From contig OZ025718.1 of NCBI GenBank assembly GCA_964019335.1, forward strand, positions 372,001 through 436,000: a DNA stretch of 64,000 nt, given 5' to 3'. The notes beneath the pieces are model-generated. The model saw only the letters and a list, made by a program, of their open reading frames with translations, was not told the DNA's origin and made no database searches. This document shows positions 61,408-64,000 of this stretch, in pieces. The translations under genes were made by a program, and so were the position numbers. Each line of letters begins with the position of its first letter. Positions within the stretch are counted from its first letter, which is position 1. The DNA comes from Diplonema japonicum (Eukaryota > Protista > Euglenozoa: Diplonemea).

Positions 61408-63679
61408 CTAGATCCTGTCAACGGTCTTGATACCAAGGAGAGTAAGACCCTTCTCAAGTGTGCTGGCAGTGGCTTCGCAGAGAAGGAGACGAGAGTTCTG
61501 TACAGGGCTTCCCACCACCTTCCAGTTGCCGGCATCGTTGTAGCACTCGTTGAAGCGCTGGACGAGTTGGTAGAGGTAGTCGGTGATGTTGTGCGCCATC
61601 AGGTTTTCGCACTGTTTTTTTTTTTTTTTTTTCTTTTTTTTTTCTTTTTTTTTTTTTACATACCGTCTTTTCAATGACAGCCGGGAACTTCAGGAGGCAG
61701 ATGCCCAACCTCTTCTCACTGTCGAGCACAAGTGAGATCTCCGAGTCTCGGATGGTGTCCAAATCCTCGATGCCCGCCTTCCTGGCGAGCGACTTGCACC
61801 TGACGTAAGCATACAGCATGCACATGACGGTGTTGCCATCCAGCGAGCACATCTTCTTCGAGTCGAAGACGTAGTCAGACGTTCTGTTCTGACGCAGGTC
61901 GCAGTACTTGATTGCGCCCAGCCCCACCGTGTCTGCGATCTCCCTGAGCTCCGCCTCAGAGAACTCCTTGTACTCGTCACGCAGTTCGCCCTTCTTATTC
62001 AGTTCTTCGAAACGGGCTTTCTTCTCATCTTGCCTGGCCTTGCTGATATCATAACTATGCGCGCATCCTTCTTCCAACAGGTCTGCCAGCGCCGCGGTGT
62101 CCCCGCTCCTTGTCTTGTACTTCTTCCCGTCGGGGCCCCTCACCACACCGAACCCGACGTGGTCCAGTCGTACATCAGGTTTGCCCTCCCTCTGCAGCCA
62201 CCCTGCGTCCGCCGCTGCCCTGAAGATCATCATGAAATGCAGCTCCTGACCAAGATCAGTTACGTAAATAGCGCGGTCCACCTTCGATTCCTGCGACCTG
62301 TACCATGCAGCCGCCATGTCTGTTGTGTCGTAAGAGAACCCACCGTCGCTCTTGGTAACTATGAGGGGGATGTTGAAGGTGGGGATGTCCACCTCGTCGT
62401 TGCTGATTGCGCCCAGACGAGTCAGCTCGGCGATGAGCTCGGGGTGCAGGGGCTTCATGAGCTTCGGCACCATCTTCAGGAACTTGTCGCAGTCTTCGTG
62501 CGTGAGATTGGTCGAGTTGGCCCACGTCTTGGCCGACGTGGCCACGTGCAGGACACCATCCTCTTCTTTCGCACCACCAGTTTCCTTTGCCAGCTTTGCA
62601 AGAACGGGGTTGATTTTCTCCTTGCCCTTGGGGTTCAGGAAGTAGTACGCCACGATCTTCTCGGGGTCGGACTTCGCGAGTTTGCTGAGAGGCTTCTTGT
62701 CGGTGGCGGAGATGATCTTGGCACCCTCGTTCATCTCTGTGAGGCCCTTCTTGTCGAGGATCTCCAGCACCTTGGGGATGATGGGGTTGTAGAAGGACTC
62801 GCCCTTTGTCTCGAGCGTCACGTCCAGTCTGTCGTAGATGCTCTGGAACTCCTTGCGGGAGATCTCGCAGATCATCTTCCACGCGGCGATGCTGGTGGGG
62901 TCGTTGGACTGCAGGGACACAACTTCCTTATGCGAGCGGCTCTTGAATTCAGCGTCTTCGTCAAAACGCTTCTTTGCAGCCTTGTAGAAGGTGACGAGGT
63001 TGGTGATGTCGGGGGGGGTGTCCAGGAAGTTCGGGCACTCCGATTTCAAATGCGAGATAAGCATTCCGAACTGCGTGCCCCAGTCGCCGACGTGGTTGAT
63101 GCGAAGGACCTCATGCCCGCAGAACTCCATGAGCCTGCAGATGGAGTCGCCGATGATGGTGGAACGGAGATGTCCCACATGCATGACCTTGGCGATGTTG
63201 GGGGACGAGAAGTCGACAAGGATCTTCTTCTTCTCTACCGCCGGGGGCATCACGCCGACACGTACAAGCTTTGAGATGGCCTTCTGGACGTACCCAAGAC
63301 CCACAGAGATGTTGATGAAGCCCTGCTTCGTGGGCAGTGCTTCGTCGATCAGACCTGTGCTGAGGTCCACTGCCTCGCTGATGTTCTTTGCCACATTCTG
63401 CGGTGACTCCTTGATAGGCTTCTCTAGCTGAGACAGCTGCTTTGCCAGGGCCATTGCGTTGTTGCACTGGTACTCTGCTGTCTTCCCTGGGGTGATGAGC
63501 ATGGCTGGCATAGCACCTGCTACTTGAGGGTAGGCTTTTATGATGGCCTCCTTAAACACCCTGGCGATCTCCTTCTCCATGTCCAGGCTCAGCAGGCTGT
63601 CGCACTTCAGCCTCATGCAGTTCTTGCACACCTTGGAGTTCCTCTCCCATGCTATGAAGGTGTTGCACGCCTTCTTCAT
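61408..63679 (-). CDS. ArgRS: Arginyl-tRNA synthetase
   Basis: DFSSPNIAKVMHVGHLRST, NHVGDWGTQFG, KSDGGFSYDTTD, KYKTRSG; intron 61612-61663 restores the C-terminus ...LLGIKTVDRI. Confidence 0.97.
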
Positions 63680-63837
63680 TTCGTCTCTTTTTCGCTTTAT
63701 GTTTCTTTTTTTTTTTTATGCCCCTTTTTTTTTGTGGGGTAGCCAAGGAAAGAGATCTAACAAAAAAAAAAAGAAAAGGAAAAAAAAAAAGAATGAAAAA
63801 AAAAAAGTCAACAAAACAAAGTAACACTGCCTCACTG

Positions 63838-63926
63838 CTACTCCTCCTCCTCCTCCTCCTCCTCTTCTTCTTCTTCGTCGTCATCGTCGCCAAAGTCAGG
63901 CAGATCCTCCTCGTCAATTTCGCCGT
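63838..63926 (-). CDS. Probable last exon (acidic tail) of a gene that starts beyond the window
   Basis: CAG acceptor at 63927-63929 followed by GEIDEEDLPDFGDDDDEEEEEEEEEEE*. Confidence 0.6.
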
Positions 63927-64000
63927 CTGTTGAAAAATTGAAGAATTTTAAAAAGAAAAAGAAAAAAAGAAGAGAAAAAAAAACCCTTCCTACTCCCCCG

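Noticed and set aside
2568-61674. Apparent frameshifts or premature stops suggesting pseudogenes or an alternative genetic code
   Set aside because: All are resolved by short canonical GT-AG introns.

Overview
Eukaryotic nuclear DNA, most consistent with a euglenozoan, probably a diplonemid. This is inferred from unidirectional gene order, pyrimidine tract + AG upstream of start codons, GTATG-type donors, receptor-type adenylate cyclases and an ArgRS insertion like that of kinetoplastids. Nineteen complete protein genes plus one terminal exon all lie on the minus strand, separated by homopolymer-rich spacers. The genes are two receptor adenylate cyclases, NADH-glutamate synthase, NIF3, a SAM-domain protein, an ankyrin protein, a CCDC24-like protein, a WD40 protein, a MYND-finger protein, two hypotheticals, a catalytically degenerate Trf4-like nucleotidyltransferase, OSCP1, an RRM protein, CTP synthase, a BAG6-like protein, MPP-alpha, a bacterial-type PyrB-PyrI fusion ATCase and ArgRS. 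I reconstructed 22 short (33-84 nt) GT-AG introns by hand; nearly all have A- or CA-rich 3' ends instead of a polypyrimidine tract. Gene-free intervals hold an inverted, internally deleted cyclase fragment, a 3' element shared by both cyclase genes, palindromic MITE-like elements, a 1.9-kb TIR transposon remnant and a ~290-nt GC-rich island that folds on the minus strand with G-U pairs (candidate ncRNA). All calls are from reading the sequence; no searches were run.
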